Source of the DNA: Candidatus Magasanikiibacteriota bacterium
GTDB lineage: Bacteria; Patescibacteriota; Patescibacteriia; Magasanikbacterales; 2-02-FULL-50-9b
Assembly: GCA_903893485.1 (NCBI GenBank)
Contig: CAITMK010000011.1
Location: forward strand, 6,636-70,635
Direction of reading: 5' to 3'
Length of the DNA: 64,000 nucleotides
The notes under the pieces are model-generated. The model was not told the DNA's origin and did not search any database. It saw only the letters and a program-made list of their open reading frames with translations. The position numbers and the translations under genes are program-made. Of this stretch, positions 19,701 through 28,513 are shown piece by piece (the stretch's first letter is position 1; each line of letters begins with the position of its first letter).

Positions 19701-19894
19701 AAAAAGGTGCTGGATCGCCTGGCAAGGAAACTATGGCCTATGGCCCGGCGTTAACCAGTGCGGTCAAGAAATTTCAAGAGGCGCACGCGGCAGATTTATT
19801 GAAACCATTTAAATTGAAAAAAGGGACCGGTGCTTTAAATGCGCAAACCTTAAAATTGATCAACAGTATTATTGCAGAAGAATTGCCGCAGTAA
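16775..19894 (+). CDS. Secreted subtilisin-like (S8) serine protease with Ig-like repeats, poly-Gly linker and C-terminal peptidoglycan-binding domain
   Basis: Signal peptide; catalytic triad motifs AVIDTGV (Asp), HGTHVAGT (His), GTSMATPHV (Ser); three DNIDGSVPV...TAP Ig-like repeats; a run of 14 Gly; C-terminal PG_binding_1-like repeat (SPGKETMAYGPALTSAVKKFQ). Confidence 0.85.
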   Translation: MMNKKALQILTLIIFLTSYSVAHAAVVAAPAPVVAGVHQLFVPGQVIVRYKTGNVNLRTPLGQTRAHTLAQNYHAHIQRQIQGRNVTVLQSDSGDTTENLISALQTDSNVDVVQPNYIYAPTDIATNDTSRAMLWGLQNTGQTVNGTAGTAGADIHAPQAWAINEGDVSSTIIAVIDTGVAYNHPDLAANMWDGSACVDENGGALGGCNHGYDFEDGDKTPLPTNSTHGTHVAGTIAAVKNNAHGIVGVAPHVKIMALKSSLTTDNIIRAINFATQNGARVINASWGGYGNDPLLQDAIGTFPGLFVAAAGNDAVSNEISPLYPCAYSLANIICVAATNQNDGLAYFSNFGTSTVDVGAPGINILSSVDNTDLVSENFDALTAPGLPVGWTTSGTSEHWATKSVAGWGLVLTPDTSNPYASNANTSISSPTINMASSTGATMDFWARCNTQYITNGWADYMTLNFSGDGSSFTENTRWDQAQLDYFNGVNNPFGTAIYHFQDVQVPTSTLTSNFKFQFGWVTNGTDNAHTGCAVDNVTLTSFSDGADEKYDYFAGTSMATPHVVGLAGLLWGYEPALTAAKIKSVILNTGDSVAGLASKTVSGKRINAYAAMEYITPPTITSSTPENGIEGLVTSSTVSLVFSKLMSTSTLASGIEIRNYNTDVAVSSTISYAGNPTITITPTIPLSAGTKYYIYASSTLEDTNGNNLTAVWIDKSAHAFTTVLDRIAPIISLNGAATVTVEAGTAYTELGATAVDNIDGSVPVVISGTVNTSTPGGYILTYTASDTAMNMASTTRTVTVVDTTAPAITLNGPATMTFNQGSHFIDPGATAVDIVDGSVPVIVSGDVNPATIGVYMLTYSASDTAANTASIQRTINIIAPPSQSSGGGGGGGGGGGGGSPYIPPQPVAPIVLKPTAMVAAPPAARFVTPDPWTIQYHTLAAPQTVALTRTLKAGNSGPDVKALQIFMNTHGFVVAKKGAGSPGKETMAYGPALTSAVKKFQEAHAADLLKPFKLKKGTGALNAQTLKLINSIIAEELPQ

Positions 19895-19911
19895 GTCGAC
19901 ACGCGTAAAAT

Positions 19912-20697
19912 TTATCGAAGAGCAAATTCACGAGCAACACCATGTGCAATTTCATTGGTTGCATCGACGGTCATGCCGCGGCGAGGAAAAATAATAATGT
20001 GTGGGTGAGTAGTATTCACAACAATTTCAGAAATATTTTTGCGTAATTCAGGATGATGAAGTGAGAGTCCTATTACGCGATGTACTAATTCTGGTAGCGG
20101 TGTAACTCGGGGCACGATACGAAGTCCAACTGGCGCGATGTGTGCGCTACCTTCGCGATAGGTTTTATTGTAAACAAAATGTGGATGTGTGAATAAAAAT
20201 TCGTCCGGGGTCGATTGTTCAAAAAAGCCACCATGCCATGCAAAAATATCTGACAATTTTGATGAGTTGATGGCATTCCATTCTGCGTGTCGCGCCAGTT
20301 GTTCAAAGGTGGGCGCTGAAAAATTAATTGCATGCAAAACAATTTTTCCACGTAAAAATTTTTCAACTGATTCGCGGTGTTCAGGTGAAAGCGAATTCAA
20401 TTTTCCATGACCAAATCGTATATGGGCGATTACGCGTTCTAATTCGGGCGCATGGTTAACTAATTTTGCAAGGTCTAATTCAGACGGAAATTGAATGGGT
20501 CCGTGTAATCGTTCGTGAGTGCGCGTGGCCGATGAAAAAAAACGGTGCGCTTGCTCAGGCGACTGAATTCGCTTATCGGTGACCGGATCGCGCCAAGGTA
20601 AATCGGTGATACCAATTTGCGCGGCGCGCCACGTTTCTACGAGAAAAGAACCATTCATAATTCGTGCAGTATAGCAGATATTGGGGCGGGTGGACAA
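19912..20697 (-). CDS. Hypothetical HIT-superfamily (GalT/Ap4A-phosphorylase-like) protein
   Basis: Two HPH-containing motifs (THPHFV, THPHII) resembling GalT/HIT nucleotidyl-transfer motifs; the assignment is weak. Confidence 0.35.
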   Translation of the reverse strand: MSTRPNICYTARIMNGSFLVETWRAAQIGITDLPWRDPVTDKRIQSPEQAHRFFSSATRTHERLHGPIQFPSELDLAKLVNHAPELERVIAHIRFGHGKLNSLSPEHRESVEKFLRGKIVLHAINFSAPTFEQLARHAEWNAINSSKLSDIFAWHGGFFEQSTPDEFLFTHPHFVYNKTYREGSAHIAPVGLRIVPRVTPLPELVHRVIGLSLHHPELRKNISEIVVNTTHPHIIIFPRRGMTVDATNEIAHGVAREFALR

Positions 20698-20875
20698 CGC
20701 AAAAAAAAACTGGTATTATCATTGCGCTACGTACGCGTGATTCAAGTTCATTCGTCTTGCTATTTCAGCGTTCACTTCGCCACCCCAGCTCCTTCGCACG
20801 CTTCGCGTGCTCGGGCTTGGGGGCTCCGTTCGAAAGAAATTTCGAACGGAAGCGTTCAAATTTCTTTCTCACTTC

Positions 20876-20951
20876 GCCACTTTAGCTCAGCTGGTAGAGC
20901 AATGCTTTCGTAAAGCAGAGGTCCCGAGTTCGATCCTCGGAAGTGGCTCCA
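20876..20951 (+). tRNA. tRNA-Thr (anticodon CGT)
   Basis: GCCACTTTAGCTCAGCTGGTAGAGCAATGCTTTCGTAAAGCAG...GTTCGATCCTCGGAAGTGGCTCCA: acceptor GCCACTT/AAGTGGC, loop TTCGTAA. Confidence 0.8.
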
Positions 20952-20999
20952 TCCCAATCAATCTTTTCAAAAATCAAAATTTGTGCTACGCTTTCCTGT

Positions 21000-21518
21000 A
21001 TGACCGAGCAAGAATTTGCCGCCCTCATGAAACAGCACAATACACACGTTTTTCGTTTTGTGCGTCGCATGGTTGGCGATGAAGCCGTTGCTGAAGATAT
21101 TACGCAAGATGCGTTTATCAAAGCATGGAACTCAATCAACTCTTTTGACCCAGAAAAAAAGTTTTCAACTTGGATTTTTCAAATTGCAAAAAATACGGCC
21201 GTGGATGTGATGCGCAAAAAAAAGATTCCCGCGATTTCCGCGATTCAGCATGCGGATTACGATGGGGAAATCATTGATACCGTGGCTGATGTTACGCCGC
21301 TTCCGCCTCAGGTACTGGCCTCGGCAGAGCAGGCGCATGAGGTGCGTCAGGCCCTGGAATCACTCGCGCCACACGAAGCGCAAATTATTCAGCTTCACTT
21401 GGAAGAGGACATGACATTTGCGGACATCGCCGATTTATTAGAGGAGCCGATCGACACCATTAAAAGTCGCTATCGGCGCACCCTATTGAAGTTGCGGGCT
21501 AAATTTGCACCAAAATAA
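21000..21518 (+). CDS. RNA polymerase ECF-type sigma-70 factor
   Basis: Region 2 (FRFVRRMVGDEAVAEDITQDAFIKAW) and region 4 HTH (MTFADIADLLEEPIDTIKSRYRR). Confidence 0.8.
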   Translation: MTEQEFAALMKQHNTHVFRFVRRMVGDEAVAEDITQDAFIKAWNSINSFDPEKKFSTWIFQIAKNTAVDVMRKKKIPAISAIQHADYDGEIIDTVADVTPLPPQVLASAEQAHEVRQALESLAPHEAQIIQLHLEEDMTFADIADLLEEPIDTIKSRYRRTLLKLRAKFAPK

Positions 21519-21546
21519 GGGCACCCCGCGTATTACACGTAGAATT

Positions 21547-21972
21547 ATGACCTGGGAACAGCAATTACAATTAACTCTGCGAAATTCTGGTGCCGGGACA
21601 CCGGAAGATTTAGCACGGGCAGGTCGCATGCAAGCGGCATTTTTTGAGCATGTTCGCTTAGTGGCTAAGGTGCGATTGGTTTTGTTCAGCGCGGTGTTTG
21701 TGGCATCTTTAGGAGCATTTTTGTACCTGGTTCAAGATACTATTTCAGAGGCCGGTGCCACGGGTCTTACCGACGTATTACACTTGGCAATTTCTGATTG
21801 GTCATCCGTGATTGCGCAATGGCATTCATTTGCACTCTCACTCATCGAACTTTTACCGGTCGTTTCAATCGCCGGTGGATTGATTGCCTTGGTGGCCATG
21901 TTGGTTTCCATTGGTTATTCAGTTCAAGCTTGGAATAACGCACGCGGATTTCGCGTTGCAAATATAATGTAA
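21547..21972 (+). CDS. Putative anti-sigma factor or membrane protein co-transcribed with the ECF sigma
   Basis: Small protein with TM segments immediately downstream of, and overlapping, the sigma gene; function assigned by position only. Confidence 0.35.
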   Translation: MTWEQQLQLTLRNSGAGTPEDLARAGRMQAAFFEHVRLVAKVRLVLFSAVFVASLGAFLYLVQDTISEAGATGLTDVLHLAISDWSSVIAQWHSFALSLIELLPVVSIAGGLIALVAMLVSIGYSVQAWNNARGFRVANIM

Positions 21973-21973
21973 T

Positions 21974-22426
21974 ATGGAAAATTTCTTACGATCTAAAACG
22001 TTTAAAATCATAATCGCCGTGCTTCTTGCGGGTGCGTACACACTATTTATTTTTAGTGCAGGTATTATGGTTGGCTTCCACAAAGCTGAATTTACCAGTG
22101 AGTGGTACGAAGGGTATCGTCAAAATTTTATGGGATCGCCCATTGGCGGTCATCACGGATCACTTTTGCCCGGCATGAATCCGATGAGTAGTCATTCGGT
22201 CGCGGGAAATATCATTTCTATCGATGCATCAGCATTGATTATTAAAACCGCCGACGGTGTTGAAAAAACAGTCATTGTAACCGACGACACTTCGGTGCGC
22301 GCAAATCGCGATGATGTAAAATTAACTGACTTAAAAGTTGGCAATCATGTGGTGATTATTGGATCACCAAATGATAAGGGTCAAATTACGGCAGCACTTA
22401 TTCGAGTGGTAGATCAAAATTTTTAA
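21974..22426 (+). CDS. Secreted hypothetical protein (paralog of 26090–26530)
   Basis: N-terminal TM/signal; C-terminal IIKTADGVEKTVIVTDDTSVRAN...ITAALIRVV resembles the C-terminus of the ORF at 26090. Confidence 0.4.
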   Translation: MENFLRSKTFKIIIAVLLAGAYTLFIFSAGIMVGFHKAEFTSEWYEGYRQNFMGSPIGGHHGSLLPGMNPMSSHSVAGNIISIDASALIIKTADGVEKTVIVTDDTSVRANRDDVKLTDLKVGNHVVIIGSPNDKGQITAALIRVVDQNF

Positions 22427-22427
22427 T

Positions 22428-24146
22428 ATGACAAAAGAAGATTTAAAACGTCCACGTGTTTGGGGAAGCGCGCTTATTCTGATTGCGATTGCAGGGTATT
22501 GGGTCTATCACAATAATGCTTCAAAACCAGATATTCATTATGTTACCGCGACCGTAGCTAAAACCACTTTGGTTTCAGCGTTGTCTGGTACCGGGCAGGT
22601 AAGTTCAGAAAATAAAATTGATCTAAAATCAGAAATTTCTGGAACGGTTGTGGCGGTTCCGGTTGTGGTTGGCCAGCAAGTTAAAATGGGTCAAACGATT
22701 GCGCAATTTGATGCACGTACCGCACTGGTTTCGTATAATAGCGCCAAGGCAAGTCTGGAAAGTGCCAAGGCAAATTACGACAAAATTGTCGCAGGTATTA
22801 CGAGCACTGATTTAACAATTGCACAAACGTCGCTTAAAAGTGCACAATTAAATTTGGATAATGCAAAGAAAAATAAAGATCGCACCTCGCAGCAACAAGA
22901 TATTTTGGTTGCGAATGCGCTTCGTTCATTACTTAACTCAACACTTACCGCGCAGCCAGCGACAAATAATGTTACAACCGCAAATCCAACTATTTCTGGT
23001 ACGTATACCGCTCCAGAGCAGGGCCAATATCAGATTTCGCTTTATCAGAGTGGCTCTGGCTTACATTATTTGGTAAATGGCTTAGAAACTTTTGAAGGCG
23101 TGGTAAATTATACTTCGCCGTCGCCATTGGGTTCTAAGGGCTTATTTATTCAGTTTCCAGCGAATGCAAATATTTCGGATACCTGGACCGTACCAATTCC
23201 AAACACGCAAGCAACTAATTATATTGCAAACAGCAATGCCTATTCTGCAGCACTTGAGGCGCGCACCACCGCACTTTCAGACGCGGATTCAAGCATTCAG
23301 AGTGCAGAATTAAATGTGGAGCAAGCTCAAGCAACCTTTGCGCAAAAAACACAAGCAGCTTTGCCGTCTGATGTTGCAGCAGCGCAAGCGCAGGTAGATA
23401 GCGCCGCAGCGCAGGTACAATCAGCACAAATTACACTTGCAAACGCAACATTGCGTGCACCGTTTGATGGAACAATTTCAGCAGTTTCGGTGCAACGTGG
23501 CGACCAAGCGGGAAGTGGTACACTAATCGCATCACTTATTACCACGGGGCAGGTGGCTAAAATTACGTTAAATGAAGTTGATGCCGCGAAGGTGGTGGTA
23601 GGTCAAAAAGCAACTTTAACTTTTGATGCAATAGATACGTTAACGATCGCGGGTCATGTGGCAGCGATTGATCCAGTCGGTACGGTTACTCAGGGCGTAG
23701 TGAGTTATACCGTAACGATTGCGCTCGATACGCAGAATGATCAAATTAAATCTGGCATGAGTGTTTCAGCCTCAATTATTTTAGCCGCTAAAACTGATGT
23801 GCTTGCAGTTCCATCGAGTGCGGTAAAATCACAAGGAGCTTCAAACTATGTTGATTTATTCGCGCCAAACACGGTATTCACAACCGTTGCTGGAACCGTT
23901 GGCGCTCGTGCATCCGCAGTCCCAACTCATCAAACCGTTGTAGTCGGCATGTCATCAGATTCAATGATCGAAATTACGAGCGGCTTGCAAGAAGGCGATT
24001 TAGTCGCAACACAAACCGTGGATGTTAACGCCTCAAAGACCACGGCCGCAAGTAGCGCGAGCAGCATTCGTATTCCTGGCTTAACGACAGGTGGCGGCGC
24101 CGGTGGTGCTGGTGCAGCACGAGCTGGTGGTCGCGCTGGCGGCTAA
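22428..24146 (+). CDS. Efflux transporter periplasmic adaptor subunit (HlyD/MacA family)
   Basis: N-terminal TM, long coiled-coil alpha-hairpin, beta-barrel and lipoyl-like regions; Gly-rich C-terminal tail. Confidence 0.75.
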   Translation: MTKEDLKRPRVWGSALILIAIAGYWVYHNNASKPDIHYVTATVAKTTLVSALSGTGQVSSENKIDLKSEISGTVVAVPVVVGQQVKMGQTIAQFDARTALVSYNSAKASLESAKANYDKIVAGITSTDLTIAQTSLKSAQLNLDNAKKNKDRTSQQQDILVANALRSLLNSTLTAQPATNNVTTANPTISGTYTAPEQGQYQISLYQSGSGLHYLVNGLETFEGVVNYTSPSPLGSKGLFIQFPANANISDTWTVPIPNTQATNYIANSNAYSAALEARTTALSDADSSIQSAELNVEQAQATFAQKTQAALPSDVAAAQAQVDSAAAQVQSAQITLANATLRAPFDGTISAVSVQRGDQAGSGTLIASLITTGQVAKITLNEVDAAKVVVGQKATLTFDAIDTLTIAGHVAAIDPVGTVTQGVVSYTVTIALDTQNDQIKSGMSVSASIILAAKTDVLAVPSSAVKSQGASNYVDLFAPNTVFTTVAGTVGARASAVPTHQTVVVGMSSDSMIEITSGLQEGDLVATQTVDVNASKTTAASSASSIRIPGLTTGGGAGGAGAARAGGRAGG

Positions 24147-24147
24147 T

Positions 24148-24858
24148 ATGATCGAACTTAAAAACATTACTAAAACGTACACAAATAATAATCTATCCCT
24201 GCAAGTGCTCAAAGGAATTACTTTTAGCATCGAGGATGGTGAATTTGTGGCGATCATGGGTCCATCTGGTTCGGGCAAATCAACACTCATGCATATTATT
24301 GGTGCGCTTGATACGCCAACGTCTGGCCAATATTTGCTCGACGGTCATGATGTTTCAACTTTGGCCGAAGATGAACTCGCGCGAATTAGAAAAACAAAAA
24401 TTGGTTTTGTTTTTCAAGCGTTTAATTTGTTACCACGCGCTACGGTGCTTCGTAACGCATCGCTTCCACTTATGTATGCGGGCGTGCCAAAAGAAGAGCG
24501 TGATGATCGTGCTAAAAAAGCACTGCTTGCTGCAGGACTCTTGGAATCGCATTTCATGCATTTATCAAATCAATTATCGGGTGGTCAAATGCAGCGTGTT
24601 GCAATTGCACGTGCGCTGGTAAATAATCCATCACTTATTTTGGCCGACGAACCAACCGGTAATTTGGATTCAAAAACCGGCAATGTGGTGCTCGGCACAT
24701 TTCAAAAGCTAAATCGGGAAGGGCACACTATTGTTTTGATTACTCACGAGCGTGATGTGGCAGAACATGCGCAGCGCATCATTTTTTTACGCGATGGCGT
24801 GATAGAATCTGATGATCGTTCTCATGTACAACGTAAACAATCCTATGACAACGCGTGA
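24148..24858 (+). CDS. ABC transporter ATP-binding protein (MacB/LolD type)
   Basis: Walker [11 protein letters not shown]-loop, signature [15 protein letters not shown], Walker [12 protein letters not shown]. Confidence 0.85.
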   Translation: MIELKNITKTYTNNNLSLQVLKGITFSIEDGEFVAIMGPSGSGKSTLMHIIGALDTPTSGQYLLDGHDVSTLAEDELARIRKTKIGFVFQAFNLLPRATVLRNASLPLMYAGVPKEERDDRAKKALLAAGLLESHFMHLSNQLSGGQMQRVAIARALVNNPSLILADEPTGNLDSKTGNVVLGTFQKLNREGHTIVLITHERDVAEHAQRIIFLRDGVIESDDRSHVQRKQSYDNA

Positions 24859-26068
24859 TATTTTAGAAGAAACCTATTGGGCGCTTTCGGGCAACAAAGT
24901 GCGTAGCGCACTTACCATGCTCGGTATTGTGATTGGTATCGGATCGGTGATCGCGATGGTTGCGGTTGGCCAAGGTGCGCAAGGTAGTATTCAATCAAGC
25001 ATCGAATCGGCCGGCTCAAATTTGGTTACCGTGGTGCCTGGTGCGCAGCGTGGCGTTGGTGTTTCAGTGAGTGGCGGCCGTGGAACTGCTACGACACTTA
25101 CGCAAGCAGATGCGGATGCGATTATTGCACAGATCACTGACGCACGCGCGGTTTCGCCAGAACTTTCACGCCGTTATCAGGTTACCTCAAAAGGGACAAA
25201 TACAAACACAACGGTGAACGGTACGGTTGCGGCATACACCGACGTGCATAATATACAAATTGACTCGGGTGTTTTTATTTCGGATGATAATGTTAAATCA
25301 CTTGCGAAAGTTGCGGTGATTGGGCCAACGACGCGCGATGATTTGTTTGGTGTTGGATCCGATCCGGTTGGACAAACCATAAAAATTAATTCAAATATTT
25401 TTAAAGTTATTGGTGTCACTGTTGCAAAGGGTGGAACTGGGTTTAATAATCCGGATGATATTGTATACGTGCCAATCAGTACCGCGCAGCGTTTCTTGGC
25501 AGGCGACACCTATGTTTCAACGGTGAGTGTTGCGGCGGTAAGTAGCGATGCTATGTCATCAATTAAAGATCAAATTACATCGCTGCTTCTGACGCGTCAC
25601 AAAATGTCAGATCCAACTACTGCGGATTTTACCGTACAAAGTCAAGCTGATATTTTAGCAACCGCATCAACCGTAACAAATACATTTACCATGCTTCTTG
25701 CATCAATTGCGGGCATTTCGCTCCTCGTTGGTGGTATTGGTATTATGAACATGATGCTTACCACGGTTACCGAACGCACGCGTGAAATTGGTTTACGCAA
25801 GGCGATTGGTGCGGAGCGCCGCGACATAAGCGTTCAATTTTTAATGGAAGCAATTTCATTAACATTTATTGGCGGGTTCTTTGGTATTATTTTGGGGTGG
25901 CTGATAGCGCAGATTATTTCCAGTTTTGCCGGGCTATCCACCACCATTTCAATTTCATCTGTTGCTCTTTCTTTTGGCGTGTCCGCGGCGATCGGCATCG
26001 TGTTTGGGTATTACCCAGCGCGGCGTGCGGCGCGGCTTAGCCCAATCGAGGCGCTCAGATACGAATAA
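24845..26068 (+). CDS. ABC transporter permease (MacB-like, FtsX domain)
   Basis: MacB_PCD-like periplasmic domain between TM1 and TM2; C-terminal FtsX four-TM bundle with RTREIGLRKAIGA. Confidence 0.8.
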   Translation: MTTRDILEETYWALSGNKVRSALTMLGIVIGIGSVIAMVAVGQGAQGSIQSSIESAGSNLVTVVPGAQRGVGVSVSGGRGTATTLTQADADAIIAQITDARAVSPELSRRYQVTSKGTNTNTTVNGTVAAYTDVHNIQIDSGVFISDDNVKSLAKVAVIGPTTRDDLFGVGSDPVGQTIKINSNIFKVIGVTVAKGGTGFNNPDDIVYVPISTAQRFLAGDTYVSTVSVAAVSSDAMSSIKDQITSLLLTRHKMSDPTTADFTVQSQADILATASTVTNTFTMLLASIAGISLLVGGIGIMNMMLTTVTERTREIGLRKAIGAERRDISVQFLMEAISLTFIGGFFGIILGWLIAQIISSFAGLSTTISISSVALSFGVSAAIGIVFGYYPARRAARLSPIEALRYE

Positions 26069-26089
26069 TTCATTTAGTAATCATATTTT

Positions 26090-26530
26090 ATGAAAACACA
26101 TTTTATTGTGATCATTGGAGTCGTTGCTTTACTCGCCGGTTTTTTTGGCGGCATTGAATACGCTAAGTCAACGCAACCAGCGGTGGATCAGAATGCAGCC
26201 CTTGCAGGTCGCGGTCCAGGCGGCGCGGGTGCACGTGCGGGTCGTGGCGGTCAGGGTATGGGTGGATTTACCACGGGTAAAATTATTGCGCAAGATGCCA
26301 CCAGCATTACCGTTCAGCTTCGCGATGGCAGTTCAAAAATTGTTTTGATTGCAGGATCAACTGAATATTCAAAAATGGTTGCGGGCACTATTGCCGATAT
26401 GGTTATTGGCAAACAGGTGAGTGTATCTGGCACCGCAAATTCAGATGGTAGTATTACGGCGCAGACAATCCAGCTTCGCCCAGACATGGTAGCAGTACCA
26501 GGAGCCGCAGCAACAAGCACAAAAAAATAA
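26090..26530 (+). CDS. Secreted hypothetical protein (paralog of 21974–22426)
   Basis: Signal/TM; Gly-rich segment; C-terminal region similar to the ORF at 21974. Confidence 0.4.
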   Translation: MKTHFIVIIGVVALLAGFFGGIEYAKSTQPAVDQNAALAGRGPGGAGARAGRGGQGMGGFTTGKIIAQDATSITVQLRDGSSKIVLIAGSTEYSKMVAGTIADMVIGKQVSVSGTANSDGSITAQTIQLRPDMVAVPGAAATSTKK

Positions 26531-26544
26531 ATTAAAGATAAAAA

Positions 26545-26592
26545 TCGCCGGCACCCAATTATACATTGGGTGCCGGTTTTAATTTGTGAGTA
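26545..26592 (+). terminator. Rho-independent terminator
   Basis: CCGGCACCCAATTatacATTGGGTGCCGGtttt. Confidence 0.7.
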
Positions 26593-26633
26593 TCCCGTCG
26601 CATTTAAAATGCAATTCATGATATAATCATTTT

Positions 26634-27314
26634 ATGATTAGACTCGATGCTGTTTCGAAAATATATCCGGGTGATGTTGCCGCGTTAAGCAACGTGCATT
26701 TGCATATCGGAGCTGGTGAATTTGTTTCTATTGTGGGCCAAAGTGGCACGGGCAAAACAACTTTGGTAAAACTCTTAATTGCCGAAGAGTCTCCAACCCA
26801 TGGAAAAATTGAAATCGGCGGCTGGGATATTTCAAAAATTCGCCAGGGAGATGTACCGCTGCTTCGCCGGCAGATGGGCGTAATTTTTCAAGATTTTAAA
26901 TTGTTGCCAAATAAAACCGGCGCCGAAAATATTGCATTTGCACTTGAAGTTGCGGGTGAAAAACGCGCGCATATTCAATTGGCGGTAAAACAACTATTGG
27001 AATTGGTTGGTATGCAACATGCGGCCGATCGATTTCCACATCAAATGTCTGGCGGCGAGCAACAGCGCGTTGCCATCGCGCGCGCCCTGGCTCACAAACC
27101 AAAAATTTTGGTCGCCGACGAACCAACAGGGAATTTAGATACGCTTAGCACCGAAGAAGTGATTCGCATTTTAAAAAAAATAAATGAATTTGGCACCACG
27201 GTTTTATTAGTTACCCATAACCGCGATGTGGTGAACGGTTTGCAGCGTCGCGTGGTGACGCTCGATAAAGGCCGCGTATTACATGATCAAAAAACTGGAA
27301 AATATGTCATCTAA
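26634..27314 (+). CDS. ftsE: Cell division ATP-binding protein FtsE
   Basis: Walker A GQSGTGKTT, signature [15 protein letters not shown], Walker [12 protein letters not shown]; followed by ftsX. Confidence 0.85.
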   Translation: MIRLDAVSKIYPGDVAALSNVHLHIGAGEFVSIVGQSGTGKTTLVKLLIAEESPTHGKIEIGGWDISKIRQGDVPLLRRQMGVIFQDFKLLPNKTGAENIAFALEVAGEKRAHIQLAVKQLLELVGMQHAADRFPHQMSGGEQQRVAIARALAHKPKILVADEPTGNLDTLSTEEVIRILKKINEFGTTVLLVTHNRDVVNGLQRRVVTLDKGRVLHDQKTGKYVI

Positions 27315-28245
27315 AAAATATCGCGCAAATTTTTTAATTGTGTGGGGCCGCATTATTGCGCATGCCGGGCAAAATATGTGGCGCAATGCAAGTTTGGCTT
27401 TGGTCACCATTACCATTTTAGTGTTGTCGTTAATTTCAGTTAATGCGCTTTTGGCCGTGCGCGCCGCAACAACCGCGGCCGTGACGGCCGTTAACAAACA
27501 AGTTGATTTAAGTTTATTTTTTGAACCAGCCGCACCAGAAAAAACGATAACTGATATCGTTGCTTATTTACAGGCCGTGCCAAATGTTACTTCGGTTGAA
27601 TATACGAATCCCGATCAAGCGCTTGCGGCGTTCCGCGCGCGCCATGCAAACAACGACGAGATTTTAAAATCGCTTGATGTGCTTGGCGAAAATCCACTAG
27701 GCGCACTCGTGGTGGTGCATGCGGGTTCGGCCGGGGATTATCCAGCGATTATCTCACTGGTGCAAGCGCAGCCATGGAATACGCTTATTCAGCAGCGCTC
27801 CTTTGAAGACAAAACGCAAATTGCATCGCGCGTTGAATTGTTAACGTCACGCGCACGTACGGGTTCAATTGTCTTGGCGATCTTATTTTCGCTCATCGCG
27901 ATCATGATTATTTTTAACACGGTACGCGTTGCAATTTATACACAGCGCGATGAAATTGCAATTAAAAAATTAGTTGGCGCAACAAATGGGTTTATTCGTG
28001 CACCATTTTTTGTGGAGGGTTTTGTGTATGTGGTGATTGCGTGTGCGGTGGTTATCGGCTTGCTTGCGGCAACCGCGCGCGTGGTGGATCCATTTTTGGG
28101 CCCGCTATTTTCTGATGGCGGATTTTCGTTGCATACCTTATTTTTTGCAGCCCCATACGAGCTTCTTGTTGCGGAAACAATTATCGTTTTGCTACTTACC
28201 TGGATTACCTCGGCTTTTGCAATGCGAAGATATTTGCGGACGTAA
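27304..28245 (+). CDS. ftsX: Cell division permease FtsX
   Basis: TM1, periplasmic domain, three C-terminal TMs; REIAIKKLVGATNGFI conserved FtsX motif. Confidence 0.8.
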   Translation: MSSKKYRANFLIVWGRIIAHAGQNMWRNASLALVTITILVLSLISVNALLAVRAATTAAVTAVNKQVDLSLFFEPAAPEKTITDIVAYLQAVPNVTSVEYTNPDQALAAFRARHANNDEILKSLDVLGENPLGALVVVHAGSAGDYPAIISLVQAQPWNTLIQQRSFEDKTQIASRVELLTSRARTGSIVLAILFSLIAIMIIFNTVRVAIYTQRDEIAIKKLVGATNGFIRAPFFVEGFVYVVIACAVVIGLLAATARVVDPFLGPLFSDGGFSLHTLFFAAPYELLVAETIIVLLLTWITSAFAMRRYLRT

Positions 28246-28295
28246 ATTGACAAAGTTCGATTTTTTTGGCAAACTAGTGGCTGTAATATCTCTAT

Positions 28296-28369
28296 TCCGA
28301 GATCGTCTAATGGTAGGACAGCGGCCTTTGAAGCCGTATATCATGGTTCGAATCCATGTCTCGGAGCCA
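28296..28369 (+). tRNA. tRNA-Gln (anticodon TTG)
   Basis: TCCGAGATCGTCTAATGGTAGGACAGCGGCCTTTGAAGCCGT...GGTTCGAATCCATGTCTCGGAGCCA. Confidence 0.8.
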
Positions 28370-28412
28370 AAGAAAAATACTCACTTTCGGGTGAGTATTT
28401 TTCTTTTGTTTA
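28370..28412 (+). terminator. Terminator after tRNA-Gln
   Basis: aaaaaTACTCACtttcgGGTGAGTAtttttctttt. Confidence 0.65.
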
Positions 28413-28513
28413 ACGGGCGGAATTATATTGACTTTTTTAAACAATTTTGCTAGTCTTTACCTGTCGGGAGAAAATCTGCTGACATAGTGCGCTGCGGCGC
28501 GAGGAGAACACCA

